From the NCBI RefSeq assembly GCF_006345805.1, contig NC_043000.1:33542001-33606000 (forward strand): a DNA stretch of 64,000 nucleotides, written 5' to 3'. The position numbers were made by a program, and so were the translations under genes. Below the pieces are notes generated by a model. The model made no database searches. It worked only from the letters and a program-made list of their open reading frames with translations, and had not been told where the DNA came from. Below are positions 39,938-54,215 of the stretch, one piece after another; positions within the stretch are counted from its first letter, which is position 1; every line of letters begins with the position of its first letter. This DNA is from Octopus sinensis. Its lineage: Eukaryota.

Positions 39938-40523
39938 AAGAGTGATAGAGAGTTAAGGCGATTGAATCAGTGTAGTACATTTCTGAAACCCTAGATTTGT
40001 TGGGACTCCCCGGGGGTAGTGTTAAGTAGAGTCAACCATGGGGGAATTAAACTCGGAATGCCGAAGGAAAGTAACAAGCTGTGCATGTCATTTAGTACAG
40101 GGTGCTCCCCAATATAATTACTGGTATTTAATAGTTTCTATCAATTTGCCCGATTAAACCATTATAACACATTGTGGGGGTAAGAGGATGTTTATGTTTT
40201 TCTCAAGAAAATTAGGGAAACTAGGAATTAAAATCAGTTTGTAAAATAGGAGGATTATAGTGGTTTGAAGGGACCCCAGTATATTACTGGTATTACTGGC
40301 GGATAAAATGCAACGTTGTTACTGACTGGACTTAGTTACACCGTGGATGCATTCTTTTAACCATTTAAGAACTGACAAATTCAGTATCATTAATAAATAA
40401 ATCATTAATATTCGTGTCTACCATAAAGTATCGAAAAGGTTTGTCGTACGCCTGAGAGCTGCGCGTGATACACCATATTTTACATCAAAACATACACACA
40501 AGCACACACACACACACGCATAT

Positions 40524-40603
<80 letters not shown>

Positions 40604-40619
40604 CCTACCTACCTACCTA

Positions 40620-42100
40620 CGTCAGGGATGCCCCCTCTCGTCGCTTCTATACGTATTGACTCTCGAGCCATTATTGCGGAAGCTGGCAACTTTGAGGGGC
40701 ATCCCGCGAGAACTGGGATGCGGGACGAGCGTGTCTGCATACGCGGACGACGTCACCGTCATAGTGTCTAGCCACGAGCACATCGAGCAGGTCGGCGAGA
40801 CACTGAAAAACTACGAACCGGGAAAAGTCAGTGGGCTTGCGACTAGGCACCTGGAGAAGCAAGCCCATGCCGTCCACCAGCGCCTCCGTCGTGGGACGCT
40901 GGACCGACGGCCCGGTTGCGTTGCTCGGGGTCTGGTTTGGTCCGGACCTCCAAGTGGAGAAGAATTGGAACGAGATAACGAGTAGGGTGGTCACTCTCGC
41001 CCGGCAATGGGCCGAGAGGAAACTGTCCCTAAAAGGTCGGGCGGAGGTTGGCGAACACGTAAATCGCGTCCGTCATCTACTACCCGCCTGACCGTCGTAC
41101 CTTGTCCCGACCCTACCATCACCAAACTACAACGCATTCTCTTTCGCTTCTTGTGGAAAGGATGTGTCCCGATGGTCAGGCGATCCATTTGCTGTCAACA
41201 CCCGTTAAAAGGAGGGCTGGGCATGCCGTGGTTGATGATGCGCAGACACCGCTGAGACTGCGACATCTCTGGCTCTATGTAGACGACGGTAAACAGGTGT
41301 GGTCGCCGTTTGTGAGGCACGCTTTCCCGCAGCTCGTCTCCATGACCGAACTGCAGTCGTGGATCAAAAGAGGCCGAGGAAGGGCGAATGGCACCGCGAG
41401 TGTCGTGTTGCTCTCAAGCAACTCTGCGTCCTGGGTCGACCTTGAGTGACTTCAACACAACCAAAGCATTCTATAGGGGATTAGTGGAGGGGAGGTACGA
41501 CGACGAGCTCGGGGCGAACCTGGACGTCGACGAGGAGTACCTGACCCGCCTGTTCAGGACGACTTTCGGGCCAGGGCCCACGGACAACTTCCAGAGATTC
41601 CTGGCCTGGCAGTGCTACCGAGAAGCGCTACCCGTTCGGGATAAGCTCTACAGAAATTGAAAACAGAGGGTTACCCACTTGCAAACAAATGTGGTAACAT
41701 ATAACAATATTGACCAAGGTTACCGTGGTCTTTTTCGTAGGCTTTTCTTCCCACGGATAAACCTTACTTGCTTTCCATTTTACACCATATATCATAACAC
41801 TGTGATACACGATTCCTATTGATCGTTCTTTTTTTCTCCTCTTTCCTTTTTTCCCCCCTTTTTTGTTCTTTTTCATTTCTCTTTTCTCTTGTTCCTTTTC
41901 TTTTTCCTTTTTTTTTATTCTTTTTATTTTTTATTTTATTTATATATTTACTTTTTTCTTCTTTTCTTCCCTTTTACGATCCCTCTTGATCGAAAACCTA
42001 CGCCCCCACCTTTTTTTTGTTTTCTTCATCCCCCAAAAGAAAAGCTCTACCTTGTAACTTGTCCCATCTGTGTGCAGCCCTGTGTGGCCAATAAAGAAAC

Positions 42101-42102
<2 letters not shown>
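40620..42102 (+). mobile_element. L1/Tx1-type LINE, 5'-truncated and internally deleted, flanked on both sides by (TCTA)n
   Basis: QGCPLSSLLY; LEPLLRKL; SAYADDVT; LLGVWFG; WAERKLSLKGRA; 3'UTR shared with 25430-25730. Confidence 0.93.
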
Positions 42103-42132
<30 letters not shown>

Positions 42133-42135
42133 TTA

Positions 42136-42194
<59 letters not shown>

Positions 42195-42245
42195 GTCTGT
42201 CTATCTGTCTGTCTGCTTCTCTCGCTCTCTCTCTCTCTCTCTCTC

Positions 42246-42288
<43 letters not shown>

Positions 42289-42427
42289 CCTCTGTGTGTG
42301 TGTGTGCGTGTGTGTATATTCGAGTGTGTGTAGGTGCGTGTGTGCATGTGTGTGTGTGTTTCTTCACGTAGTATAAGATGTGGATTTAGAGAATCGTGTG
42401 GCTGTCATAGAAAGCTCCCTCTTGAGC

Positions 42428-42635
42428 ATGGCGGCAAGCTGGCTGAAACGTTAGCACGCCGGACGAAATGCTTAGCAGTATTTAGTCCGCCGAGGTTGAC
42501 TTTACCTTTCATCCTTTCGGGGTCGATTAAATAAGTACCAGTTACGCACTGGGGTCGATATAATCGACTTAATCCGTTTGTCTGTCCTTGTTTGTCCCCT
42601 CTGTGTGTAGCACCTTGTGGGTAGTAAAGAAATAA
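42428..42635 (+). mobile_element. SINE family A (internal deletion of the B-box region)
   Basis: ggcggcaagctggctgaaacgttagcacgcc head; core and tail match 9805-10030. Confidence 0.9.
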
Positions 42636-43004
42636 GAAAGCTTCTCTTGAGGACCTGGCTATCAGTACACAATGTAATCAGTTACAAAGAAGTGTATGGT
42701 AGAGTGTCCATGGAACTAGTAATTCAAAAGATCCGATTGATGAAATTATTATACGAGAAATTTATAAAACTACAATGTCGGTGGGTATGAGAAGTAACTA
42801 TAGACTTATTTAACCGCGTGACTTCCATAGTTTACTTGCTTTTGCAACCATGATGTTCCAGTGATTCGATGAACGAGCTTTCTTCATTTGCAGTCACTTT
42901 TGAATATACATTTGTTTTGTATAATACTGAGCAGAAGAATTAATGCAAAGATGCACACATAATTTCTTACATGCAGGAGTTTGCACTTCATGAAAGTCAC
43001 GGGA

Positions 43005-43050
43005 TTAAATCGGTTGTCAAGCGATGGTGGGGAGATAAACACAGACACAC

Positions 43051-43082
<32 letters not shown>

Positions 43083-43086
43083 ACAC

Positions 43087-43121
<35 letters not shown>

Positions 43122-43240
43122 CCACTCACAAGGCTTTGGTTGGCCCGAGGCTATAGTAGAAGACACTTGCCCAAGGTCCCACGCAGTGGCACTGAACCCG
43201 GAACCATGTGGTTGGTAAGCAAGCTACTTATCACACAGTC
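43005..43240 (-). mobile_element. SINE family B, 5' half
   Basis: cggttgtcaagcgatgg...cactgaacccggaaccatgtggttggtaagcaagctac. Confidence 0.88.
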
Positions 43241-43306
43241 ACACGCCTGTTTAAAATATATTGTTGGCTGGAGTGGACTCTGGGTAACGCACAAGCGGAC
43301 AGGTGC

Positions 43307-43355
43307 TCGCGACTAGGGATCAGCCAAACGGCTCGAAACTGAGTCAGTCTCGCGA
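43307..43355 (+). ncRNA. Decayed or variant type I hammerhead-like motif
   Basis: tcgcga-CTAGGGA-tc-agcc-aaac-ggct-c-GAAAC-tgagtca-GTC-tcgcga; three stems well paired, CUGANGA box altered. Confidence 0.5.
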
Positions 43356-43551
43356 TCCTGTTGTCTGCTAGAGGGTGGTAGGGGTTTGCTCCCCCTGCTA
43401 GCAATATATTTTGTATATATATAGGTTGCAGCGCCGCATCGATTGCCAGCTGACGGAAGATCTGTCTGGAGATAGACCAACAGTAACATATGGAATCACC
43501 AATTTGATGTTGCGACTGACCTTACTTTTGGTATATATATATATACATATC

Positions 43552-43614
<63 letters not shown>

Positions 43615-45175
43615 TATATATACATACATATATTGTTCTTTTGAGCACTACTAAATGTCTTCTTCAGGAAAAAACAAGGACGTCATTCGAAGCTTTCTAT
43701 CGTCAGTCGAGTTCCAGATCATCCCTACAGTTTCCGACCACGCACACATATACATCTGGGCAATATATTTCAGACTCTGTACATTTTACAGCACTTTCAT
43801 TTATATTGAATAATCTTATTTTTTTCCATTTCTGCGTTATTAAAAACTCTGTATTACAGGCATGCATGCATACATAACTTCATACATGCATATACACGTG
43901 AAAGGAAACATATCACATACGCACACATGTACCTCAGTGTACGCCAGAAAGAGAATGGCGCTATTTGCTGGGAGAGCTGAGACCAACTTCCTTCTTTCCT
44001 TCTTATAGAGAATCGTTAGACCAGGTGGTGCCGGTTATTAAGAAATCGATATACAAGAAGATTATGTAAGCGATTCATTTATAATACATGTGTAGAAGTC
44101 TGTGACGATATATGGATCTCCAGGGTCTACTCGAAGACAAATGGTTAATCAGATATCGAGTAAAAGTATGTAGAAAATAAAGAAAAAAAAGGGTAAGAAA
44201 GAAAAGTAAACAAACAAAAATAGTGGCGCAGAAGACTTCGTTGTTCGACAACGATTTGACTTCCAGAAAGAAAGAATTAAGGAGAAAACTTTACTGCGCT
44301 GCGAATTTTTACTTCCTCGGTTAGGCCTGGCGATATTGATCAAAGGTAGATTATTGTGTGTGTGTGTGTGTGTGTGGTGTGTGTGTGTGTGTGTGTGGTG
44401 TGTGTGTGTGTGTGCTTGCAGTTTGTTCTGCATTATTTAATAACGATTCTTCATCTAATCGAATTTAGGAAAGTCTGAATAAGAAGAGAGTCAATAATCT
44501 TACGTCTACAGTTTGGAAGTAGAATTAAATTGCCATTTTGTTGAGAAGGTCCATTAGGTAGAGAACAACCATCAGTCACACGAAAAAAAAGTAAGAAATG
44601 CTGTAAGAGTAATTTTATCAGCATCGAAGACATTTTGCTTTTCAAAAAAAAATAATATTTGAAACATGGTCATTTACATTAGATGATTTCAGTAAAATCA
44701 AATTAATTTTGTTTGTAGTAATTATAATTTTTTTTCTTTTTGTGGTGGTTACACAATGTTATTGTCGATATTCATGATTCTGCCGCTTAGATTTTTCAAG
44801 ATGGATTCATCAAAATGGGAGTACACGAATTCATTTGATGAGAATCAATTCTACACAATGCTCCATGCAAATTTTAACAACATCGAATTGAAAGCGAAAA
44901 CAACAGCGGAACAATTGTAATATTTCAAAACCTGAGCAACAATTCATGTTTTAAGAAAATACTTACAAAAGAAAACACACAAAGAAGCCAGGCAATTCAC
45001 TTGTACTATTTGAATCCTTAAAGATCTGCTGATATTTTATTGAAAATTATCTGAGACGGAGAAGATTAATTAAAACATTTTCTTCGTATTTGTGTGAAAG
45101 TGTCAATAACAATCAGCAAATCTCTTCAAAGTGTTGCCAAGTTTTTCTTTCTTAATTGTGCTTATTTGTCGCAAA

Positions 45176-45176
<1 letters not shown>

Positions 45177-45272
<96 letters not shown>

Positions 45273-45317
45273 GTCTGTCTGGCTGGCTGGCTGTCTATCT
45301 ATCTGTCTATCTGTCCT

Positions 45318-45384
<67 letters not shown>

Positions 45385-45435
45385 GTCTGTCTATATGTCT
45401 GTCTAACTATTTACGCACACACCACACACACACAC
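45177..45435. repeat. (TCTA)n compound microsatellite
   Basis: Direct reading. Confidence 0.97.
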
Positions 45436-45469
45436 ACACAGATTATACATATATCGTTTATCATTGACT

Positions 45470-45572
45470 TGTTTTAGTCATAAGACGGCGGCTACACTGG
45501 GGAACCGCCTTGAAGAATTTTAGTCGAACAAATCGACCCCATTCCTTGTTATTTTTCTTAAAGCCTGGTACT
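45470..45572 (-). mobile_element. SINE family B 3' fragment
   Basis: ttagtcgaacaaatcgacccc...ctggtacttat matches 24765-24815. Confidence 0.7.
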
Positions 45573-45574
45573 TA

Positions 45575-45834
45575 TATTATAAAAGAGAATTTCATCTCCG
45601 TCTGTCTGTCCGTCACAACAGCTATTTGAGAGAGAAATACAGTGAGCGATAGAGGAGAGAGACGGAGAGAGTGAGAGAGTGAAAGATAAAAAAGATAGAT
45701 GGGTAGGTAGTGTTGTCACCGTGTTTGTCTCTGTGCGTGTTACTCTATATCTTTCAACATGTAGATAACGCAACACAGACTTTAAAAAGAACTTTCACTA
45801 TAATGACAGGCTGTTGTTGTTGAGAGAGAAGTAC

Positions 45835-45869
<35 letters not shown>

Positions 45870-46010
45870 AAGAGAAAGGGGAGAGAGTGAAAGATAGAAT
45901 TATAATTTGTTTAAAGAAAAAGAACAGGTTGTTGTTGAGCATATCAACGCGATCATTGCAGATATATTCGCTAAACTAAAATCAGAAACCAATTGGTCCA
46001 GGAAACTAGA
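45575..46010 (-). mobile_element. Possible Helentron/HINE-like non-autonomous element
   Basis: Minus strand ends gacggacagacagacggagatgaaattctcttttataatata, similar in style to the other Helitron-like ends; weak. Confidence 0.3.
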
Positions 46011-46249
46011 TGGTAAAATGTTTTTATTTTTCATTTCGTTCCTGTCGAATTTTATCCCAAATTTTTGTGGTTATAGAACCTAGCTGTTCTTTCTAGCCTG
46101 TTGAATTCCTATGAGTGGATTCCTCATGTGTTTAAATATACAGTATATCGTATGACTAATATATAGTCTTTTGGACTAAATTTTTACACGTTAAACCACT
46201 GGAAATGGAAATTTTAATTAATTTCCATTTCCCTTTGATATGATTAAAT

Positions 46250-47280
<1,031 letters not shown>

Positions 47281-47494
47281 GGGGCTGCGTAGGTTGGTTT
47301 TGCGTATATTTATATATTGAAACGCTGGTAAATAAACCTAATGTATTGAGTGTAGAATAATATTTAGCCAACTGAAACTGCGACGGTAAAGAGAACAAAA
47401 TTCATGAGTGTTAATGACGTTTCTTGTAAAGAACGACAAGGGAGATAATTAATCAAACAACCAACGAACTAAGCAACGTCTCTTTCGTTCATAT

Positions 47495-48405
47495 ATATAT
47501 ATAAAACTGTAGTTGTGTGAGTGTCTGTCCCCTTCGATTTAGATTCCTAACTCCTCCCACATTTTGCGGTGAAGTTTAACCAAATTCGGGTATCTTATAG
47601 TCGTGATTAATATCGAGCCCGTCTAGCTATTAGCGCGCGTCTACGATGAGCCTACGATTTTAAAAATAATTTAACATCATTTTTTATTCCATTTTAATGC
47701 ATAATTTTTCGTGTGTCGATGGCGGCGGAGTTGGCGTCCACGCTCAAACACCTGCACCTGTGTTTGCTTCTCCCCTTCTTCCCTCCCTCGTGAAGCTGTG
47801 GGGAAGGGAGTTTAAGGAAATCAACGTCGTAATGCGTTGTCAAGGAGACCAGCGTTCTTTTAGAACAACGACTTCATGGCTTAAAGACACCAAAACAGAA
47901 ATGGCTAAGAAAGCCCGAATTGGCATCTATAAGGGAAGTAACTCTCTAAAAATGCTTATATAGTTATTTCCCTTACAAACCCGAGCAACGCCGGGCGATA
48001 CTGCTAGTCTTTATATATAAAAGTGAAGTTGTGTGTCTGTCTCCTACTATTTAGATTCCTAACTACTCCCACATTTTGCGGTGCAGTTTAACCAAAAGCG
48101 GGTATCTTATAGTCGTGATTCATATCGAGCCCTTCTGGTTATTAGCGCGCGTCTACGATGAGTCTACGATTTTAAAAATAATATACCATCATTTTTTTTC
48201 CATTTTAATGAATTTTTTCGCTATTATATAAGGGAAATAACTCTCTAAAAATGTCTTCGATGAGTCAATGATTTAAAAAAAAATTACCATAATTTTTTTT
48301 CCATTTGTAATGCATTTTTTGCTATTTTTTGGGTATAAATCTCTAAAATTGCGTATATAGTTATTTCCCTTACAAACCCGAGCAACGCCGGGCGATACTG
48401 CTAGT
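47495..48405 (-). mobile_element. Two head-to-tail non-autonomous Helitron/Helentron-like units (48009-48405 and 47495-48008)
   Basis: Each begins actagcagtatcgcccggcgttgctcgggtttg and ends ...tttatatata on -; no spacer at junction 48008/48009. Confidence 0.75.
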
Positions 48406-48429
48406 TAATTAGAAAGTTGGAGAAAGCGA

Positions 48430-48620
48430 CTCTCTGGCTGAATCACTTCCGCACTGGACAAAATACTTAGCGGCATTTTGTCCGTCTTTACGTTCTGAGT
48501 TCAAATTCCGCCGAGGTCGACTTTGCTTTTCATTCTTTCGGGATCGTTAAAATAAGTACCATTTGAGCTTTGGGGTCGATGTAATCGATTGTTTACCTTC
48601 CCAACAATTCCTTGCCATGT
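48430..48620 (+). mobile_element. SINE family A
   Basis: cttagcggcattt...ttctgagttcaaattccgccgaggtcgac...ataagtacc. Confidence 0.85.
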
Positions 48621-48867
48621 ACCTACGGTAGATAAGGTTATTATGTAGTGATGCACATTTACAAACACGCTTGTACATGCCTTTCATATCTGAGTCTCTA
48701 GCCAGACATATAAGTACACATACACACGCTTACGCTCACACTTGTACGGAAGATATTTATAAATAGTATATTTTATATCCTACATGATGATGGATTAGGT
48801 GGGTGATAATGAAGAAGGCTGAAGGGCTCCTTCTAGCGTTTAAAGCAGATGGTTTCCTTGGTGACGA

Positions 48868-49033
48868 CTAACCTTTACTACCCACAAGGGGCTAAACACA
48901 GAGAGGACAAACAAGGACAGACAAACGGATTAAGTCGGTTACATCGACCCCAGTGCGTAACTGGTACTTAATTTATCAACCCCGAAAGGATGAAAGGCAA
49001 AGTCCACCTCGGCGGAATTTGAACTCGGAACGT
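48868..49033 (-). mobile_element. SINE family A, 5'-truncated
   Basis: Reverse complement of the family A core and tail, high identity to 42480-42635. Confidence 0.9.
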
Positions 49034-49034
49034 A

Positions 49035-50080
49035 TTCTTCACGAGGGCTGTCTTGAAGTGGGAACCGGCACAATCTCTGCGAAGCATGTCGAGTACCTGG
49101 TTGATGTTATTCGTCGCCGCTGGCGCCAGGCTCTCGGCTTCTTCCAGCCAGAACTTCTCCAGGTCAACTGAGATGGCGTTGTTGTGGCACACTTGCATCA
49201 TCAGCCACGTATGGGTGTCAGAGCGACTCCCAAATGACTGGGCTCGGGGCATTATCCTCCTCTTCTGGAAACGGAGGGGCGACAATTTCATCTGCCGCAA
49301 CCAAAGGGGCATCGCTTTCTTTTCCATCCCGGGCAAGTTCTTCACCAGGACCCTTCCTGCCATTAGATTCATGCTAAATCGATCTGCCGCCGACAATATT
49401 CTTGCTTTCCGTCTCATTATTGAAACATCACGGGAGTTCCGAAAAGATAGCCACCTCTTCCCTGCCTTTGTCGACCTAAGGCGGTTTTGACACGGTCGTC
49501 TACGCAGCCCTCAGGAAAGTTTTCAAGCTTGTCGGTGCACCTCCCAAGACCACCCTGTTCCAACGGCTCTAGAGCAGTGCCGAGAGCTGCATGCGGGTGA
49601 ACGGGAAGGAATCTGACTGGTTCTTCATCAACAACAGGGCCAGATACGGCTGCATGGCCATCCCCGACCTCTTCGGCTTTACCCTCGATTATCGGATGAC
49701 CAAGATCTGTGAGTGATCTCTGGTGTTACCTTAGGGGACTACTACCTTACCTTCCTGGAGTATACGGACAATACCACTTTATTCAACAACTCGATCAATC
49801 AGCTCAGGGACGCACTAACCATTTACAGAGAAGAATCGGTAAATCTATGCTTTCAGGTGAGTCGGGCGAAGAGGAAACTGATACATGTTGGAGAAGACCC
49901 TCACCCTCCCCCTCTCCATATTGGCTTCGACGTCGTTGGGTTTGTCAGATCCTTCATTTTCCTGGGCTCTGCAGTCACCAGCAATGGAAACCTGACCCCG
50001 GAGATCAACCACGGATGTGGTCTGGCAACTGGGGTCATGTACTCCATATGGAAGCCCATCTAGCGCCACCACATTTCCAA
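49035..50080 (+). mobile_element. RTE-clade LINE RT remnant
   Basis: LPNDWARGIILLFWKRRGD..CRNQRGIAFFSIPGK; DNILAFRLIIE; AFVDLRR; LEYTDNT; FIFLGSAVTSNG. Confidence 0.9.
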
Positions 50081-50340
50081 CATGAGCAGTCGATGATGGA
50101 AGTATATGTTTGATGTGCTTGTTGTTTGTAAACTTTTTATATTCCGTGTTCTCGTTTTCTTCGCAGTCTTTCATTCTGGCAGCGCTTAATCTGTTTAGGT
50201 GGTCTTGGTTTCTTGCTTAACGGTGGTCTTCTTGCATATTGTATGACATAGAAGATGGGTATTGCGTGATTGTCCTTCATAGTGATTCTAATTCTGGCCT
50301 CGGGGAATACTTAAAGTTTCTAGTTTCGGGAGTTGCTGTT

Positions 50341-50436
<96 letters not shown>

Positions 50437-51279
50437 AGACGTGTGTGTGTGTTTGTGTGTGCGTATCTGCATTTGTAAGCAAGTGTGTTGTGTGCTTGTG
50501 TGTGTCATTATCTATTTGGGCGTAAGCTTGCACGTGTGTTTGTTTACTGAACGAGTCTGAAAGGTTGGCTTCCCTAGCCGACATGTTTGATAAACGTGAT
50601 TCCTTTGAAAATAATCACAACAATCATCATCATCATCATCAACAACAGCAACGACATTCTGGGTTGTTCGCTTAAGTAAAAGAAAAATCATAAAATAATC
50701 ACAGACATGAACGACTGTTTGCTTATCGTGCTGGCCATAATGTTTGTGTGGATTGTGAAGATGTTGTGAAGGTGTCAAAGGATTTCGTGCAAAATTCATC
50801 TGAGCGGTGGTCATTAATCCACTGACGTTGGTCGCCGGGCGTGAAATTTGGAAATTAGGTGTTAATCTGGCACACCTCCTGCCCACCAACACAGACAAGA
50901 CGTCTCATTAATAAAATTACCGTCTTAACCGCCATCAACGTAACCAACATACCAACCGGCATAACCACAACTATAAAACTAAGCTAATACATCTTTAACA
51001 GTCTTCACCACTACTACTCACAACACACACACATACACAAATACATGCACATACACACACACACGCATATTTATATATGTATATATATGCATATGTATGT
51101 ATGTATGTATGTATGGATGGATGGATGTGTGTATGTATATATATATATATATATATATTATATATGCACACACAGAGAAAAATCGGTGCGATGGGTAAAT
51201 TGTCAGCGTTTTATATTTTTTTATTTTCTCGCATGTGCATTGTTTGTTTATGACCCTACTGACCCTACTATATACAGTA

Positions 51280-52068
51280 TAGTAGGGTCAGTTGGGCACC
51301 GTCTGTGAGAAATACACCGCCATGACGCAATTTAATCTGCCAGAAATTTGGAAACGACATGCTATACTACTTGGCATTCGCACTGGAAGCTCTGATACGA
51401 AAATTTCAGAGTGTTTGAGTGTCAGTCTGAGGACAGTACAGTCTGAGGACATGTACCAAGAGTGATAAAAATCAAACATTTAGTTAACATCATGGCGTTT
51501 GAAGTGATCACAAGTGATGGTGAAGTTATGTCTCCATTCATTTTCCTACACGGCTTCAGATTCAACACGGAGGCCTTCATCACATGTCTAGAAGAGATGG
51601 TTCTGCCCTGAGTCAAGAGGGTGGCTGCAGGAAGACCTTATATCTGGCAACAGAATTCAGCACCATTCCACACAAGCAGGAGAACTCAGTCATGGCTGTC
51701 TGATACTTTCTGCAACCACATCACCCCTAACATCTGGCCAACACACCGCAACCCCCTTTGATTATTATGTGTGCGACGCAGCTGAGCGAGAGACCAACAA
51801 AACTTCTTGTAACACCAATGATGAAGTGAAGGCAAGGATTATGGTAGCATTCACCAACTTAAACAAGGAGATAGCCAAGAAGAGTTGCAAGAGATTCCGA
51901 AGTTGTCCAGAGGCTGTGGTTGGAGCCAATGGCGATTTAATGAATAAATTTACTCTTTAGTATTTCAGGATATTTTTATGTAATTTTGGTAAATATATCT
52001 TTTAAAATGAGATGTCTTTTATTTTCATTTTTGCGTAATTTAAACGACAGTTTATTCACCGCACCCTA
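51280..52068 (+). mobile_element. DD37D (maT-like) Tc1/mariner element, internally deleted
   Basis: MTQFNLPEIWKRH at 51322; IWQQNSAPFHTSRRTQSWL; NIWP...NPFDYYV; right end attcaccgcacccta+TA. Confidence 0.8.
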
Positions 52069-52070
52069 TA

Positions 52071-52106
<36 letters not shown>

Positions 52107-52269
52107 TGTATGAATATATGTATGTATGTATATGAGCAAAGGCTCAGATGTATGTATGTATCTGAGCAAAGGCTCAGATGGAGTGGTCATCTGGTCAGGA
52201 TGGAGGATTCAAGGATACCCAGAACAACTCTTTTATGTCGATTTCTGTTGCACGTTTGATTCCATCCTC

Positions 52270-53245
52270 TCTTCAAAAACCTATTGAACAGCGTCAACCC
52301 AAACATACAGTTCACAATAGAGTACAGCCAAAAGGAGCTTCCATTCTTAGATATACTAATTTAAAAAATTAACCTAAAAATAGAAACAGACATATTTTAC
52401 AAAACCACAGACACCAAACAATACCTACTTTTTGATTCATGCCACCCAAGACACACTAAAACAAACGTCCCTTTCAACCTTGCAAGAAGGATATGCACAA
52501 TAGTGTCAGAACAAAATACCAGGAACTTTAGACTACAAGAACTCAAAAAACACCCTAATTAACAGACACTACGCAGTTCAACTCATAGAGCATGGAATCA
52601 GACGTGCAACAGAAATCGACATAGAAACTTTAAGGAAAGTTCAACACAGCAACACACCTTCCCCGAAAATACTGCCGTACATATCCACATACAACCCCAG
52701 AAACAAAGAAGCCTTCCCCATCATCACCCAGAATTTACCAATGCTTCATAAGGACCCCAAATTAAAGGAAATTTTAAACATACATAAAATCATTAAAAGC
52801 TACAAACAACCTAAATCACTAAAAAGATCCTCACAAAGGCAAAATTGTTTTCTGAAATAACGGATGCAAAAGTAAAAAAATGTGGTAGACCAAACTGCGC
52901 AACATGTCCAAACCTTCTAGAAGGATCAGAATTCCTCTTCAAAAAGGGACACAAATTCAAGATCAAATCTAATTTTACTTGTGCTTCAGAAAACCTAATA
53001 TATGTCATATATATTAGGTTGCCACCAAAACAACATAGGATCCACGGGATTATCGCTCAGACGCAGATGCACTCTGCATCGACAACAGATTGCATTCTCA
53101 GAATACAGAATGACACCCTTTAGTGAACATATTGAGAAATGCGCAAAGCAACTACTACCACAATTTATAATCTTTCCATTCTATCAATGTGATATTGGAA
53201 CATTCTTCATTGAAAAATATAAGCCAAAACTGAACCATTTCTAAC
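52270..53245 (+). mobile_element. Penelope-like element (Neptune-type), RT thumb + GIY-YIG, 5'-truncated, frameshifted
   Basis: NSVNPNIQFTIE...ELPFLDI; FYKTTDTKQYLLFDSCHP; linker CGRPNCATC; NLIYVI...GCHQNNIGSTG...LH...EH; KYKPKLN. Confidence 0.93.
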
Positions 53246-53544
53246 ATTTTTAAACAAGGAAACACATCTCATTGAAATAAAATATAAAGCGATTATCTCC
53301 CTTATACCGGAAGAAATCCCTGATTACCTTCCCCTGCATGGAACCCCATATTCCCAACATAGCGAAGACATGACACGATGTAGGTAAAGAAATTTAAGAA
53401 ATTTGAAAAGAAAATACGAAACCAGTTATTTCTACAAAAACTATGTTACTATACACAAAATTTTATAACATATTTCTAACATAACGACTTAAATATATTC
53501 TTTAACCATATGACACAAGCCTTCAGTAGTTTTTCACTCTTTTT

Positions 53545-53613
<69 letters not shown>

Positions 53614-53631
53614 CATATTCTTTTATTCTTT

Positions 53632-53836
53632 TCTTGTTTCAGTTTGTAGTGGAACAAATCGATCCCAGGACTTATTCTTTGTAAGGCTACTACTTATTCT
53701 ATCGCACTGGTAAGCTACGGAGACGTAACCACACCAACATCAGTTATCAAGTAATGGTGGGGCACGGACACACACACAAACATAAGCATATATATATATA
53801 TATACATACATACATTATATATATATATATATATAC

Positions 53837-53886
<50 letters not shown>

Positions 53887-54050
53887 TGTATATATATACA
53901 CACACGCCGGGCTTCTTTCAGTTTCTGTCTACCAAATCCACTGACAAGGCTTTGGTCGGCCCGAGGTTATAGTAGAATGTGCCACGCAGTGGGACTGAAC
54001 CCGGAGCCATGTAGTTGGTAAGCAAGCTACTTACCACACATCCACTCCTG
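53632..54050 (-). mobile_element. SINE family B, near full length with internal (TA)n
   Basis: Tail, core and tRNA head all present as reverse complement. Confidence 0.88.
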
Positions 54051-54081
54051 CATCTATACATATATACACACACACACACAC

Positions 54082-54129
<48 letters not shown>

Positions 54130-54168
54130 CATACACACACACACATATATGTATGTATATGTGTAAAT

Positions 54169-54209
<41 letters not shown>

Positions 54210-54215
54210 ATTAAA

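Noticed and set aside
44222-44346. Open frame SGAEDFVVRQRFDFQKERIKEK... ending at aag|gtag as a candidate exon
   Set aside because: No polypyrimidine acceptor, weak donor, no recognisable domain
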